DNA from: Bispira polyomma
Lineage: Eukaryota
Direction of reading: 5' to 3'
DNA: 64,000 bases
Assembly: GCA_965649765.1 (NCBI GenBank)
Contig: OZ287752.1
Span: forward strand, 46,128,001 to 46,192,000
A model generated the notes under the pieces. That model saw only the letters and a program-made list of their open reading frames with translations. It searched no databases and was not told where the DNA came from. Of the stretch, positions 62,551-64,000 are shown one piece after another; positions within the stretch are counted from its first letter, which is position 1, and the number at the start of each line of letters is the position of its first letter. Both the position numbers and the translations under genes were made by a program.

Positions 62551-64000
62551 AGCTAAATAATTAAACAAAATCTCTCTTCAAATTGTCACAAATAATTGTG
62601 TAAACCAGTACAACTGAGAAAATGTATCTCACTTCAATTATTTAAACTAGTTTGTAGAAAAAGCTATGCTTTTAGATTATGCGACTTGTCTTAAAACTAA
62701 AAAGATGATATGTATTTAACACTGTATTCCCCAATTCACGTGTGTGTAAATTTAGACAAAAAGCAATGTTAATTTTCTTATATACAGGGACAATTAGGAA
62801 TGGAATTATCTGGTTGTCACAGATATAGTACAGTCATAAAGCCAGTGCCCGAAAAAAACTTGTTCAAGTTTAAACATTCAAGCCAAACACATTATCGTAA
62901 ATCTACAGGGCAATCTTCCCCCCCTCAGCTTACAGCTTTGAGATGGTATAAACCAGTTACACAAGAGTGTCAGATTGCGCAAGCTAAAATTTCATCTTCC
63001 CCATAAACCACTGACAAACGACCAAGTCAGTATGCTCTATTTTAACCAGTTTACTGCAAAGTTTTTCCCTTAATCCCTTTTTTCAAAATCGCAGTCAAAT
63101 TGTTAAAAACTTCACACATTAAACCTTTTTAATGACACTACGCCAACCTTAAACCCAGAAATAGCGAAGAAAAACTGGACTGCTATGGATATAAAAACAC
63201 TCACACAAAACGGGTTGAGATTTTAAAAAAAAATTTACATGGCAAGCTCCCATTCCAGTTGCCAATTAGGAGAAGCCATTGGAAAGAAATTTATGGGAAA
63301 AGAGCTTTCAATCCTGTATAGAAAAGAGGGAACGGATAGTTACATCCTCGCCAGTAAATTAGAAAGCGTTGACATTAAAAAGTTCATTGAGGGCCTCCCA
63401 TGGATAACACAAACTTCTCGCCTTTCACATCCAATCTCAAAGCAGTATTAAAAACTCAGACACTAAATAATTGCAACCATAAAATTTGCCGGCAGGACAA
63501 CAGTCTATTGGCCAAGCACACCAGCTTCCCCAATAAACCACCATTTAATGAACCACAGGAGCTCGTAATCCTTCGAGTAATCACATAGCTACGTCAGCCA
63601 AGCACACAAAAGTCCCATTTTCTAATAAGTTATAAGACCATAAAACTTCCACAAAGTCAGCCACTCCAAACAGCTAGCTTTCACCACCCTCATAAACCCC
63701 CATTTTTCTCGTTAACAAAAGCCTTTCATGGAAGTAATATCCCCAAGATATCTTCCCATCACGAAAAGCCTATTGTTTTATTTAACCCCCCCCCCCCACA
63801 CACACTCTTAAATCACCAAATCATTCTTATGCAAATATGCCCAGAGTCAGAAGAAGGAATATAGCATGGACAAAATCTGCGCACTCCTGTAGCTTGCTAC
63901 CTTATTCTTCTCAGCAAGCAAACAAGCATAAACACTGCATGCAGTTCATTCATTCGTCCCCTCTCATCCAACTTCATTATCATATCATTATCCTTAACAA

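Overview
AT-rich, repeat-saturated animal genomic DNA. The repeat families suggest a mollusc or other lophotrochozoan (inference). Three small, phase-compatible GT-AG exons on + (1353-1496, 26304-26374, 53990-54133) splice into one open frame that resembles the HEATR4 region ahead of the HEAT repeats, so almost the whole window is intron (introns of about 24.8 and 27.6 kb between these exons). The introns hold nested transposons: two decayed DIRS1-type elements with ITR and ICR termini, two further DIRS fragments, L2 and L1/Tx1 LINE relics, Deu/Nin-type tRNA SINEs, Helentron-associated (HINE) elements with internal satellites, and several MITEs. The highlight is an apparently intact 5.6 kb tyrosine-recombinase retrotransposon (about 42926-48546; gag, RT-RNaseH, YR; Ngaro-like proteins). 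It is inserted without a target duplication into a single codon of a decayed Penelope/Neptune ORF. It lacks both Ngaro split direct repeats and long DIRS ITRs. It has a 30-nt segment at its 5' end complementary to its own predicted circle junction, a YR ORF without an upstream ATG that sits behind a phase-1 splice acceptor, and a triplicated 19-mer in its 3' UTR. Family and gene names come from recalled motifs, not database searches.
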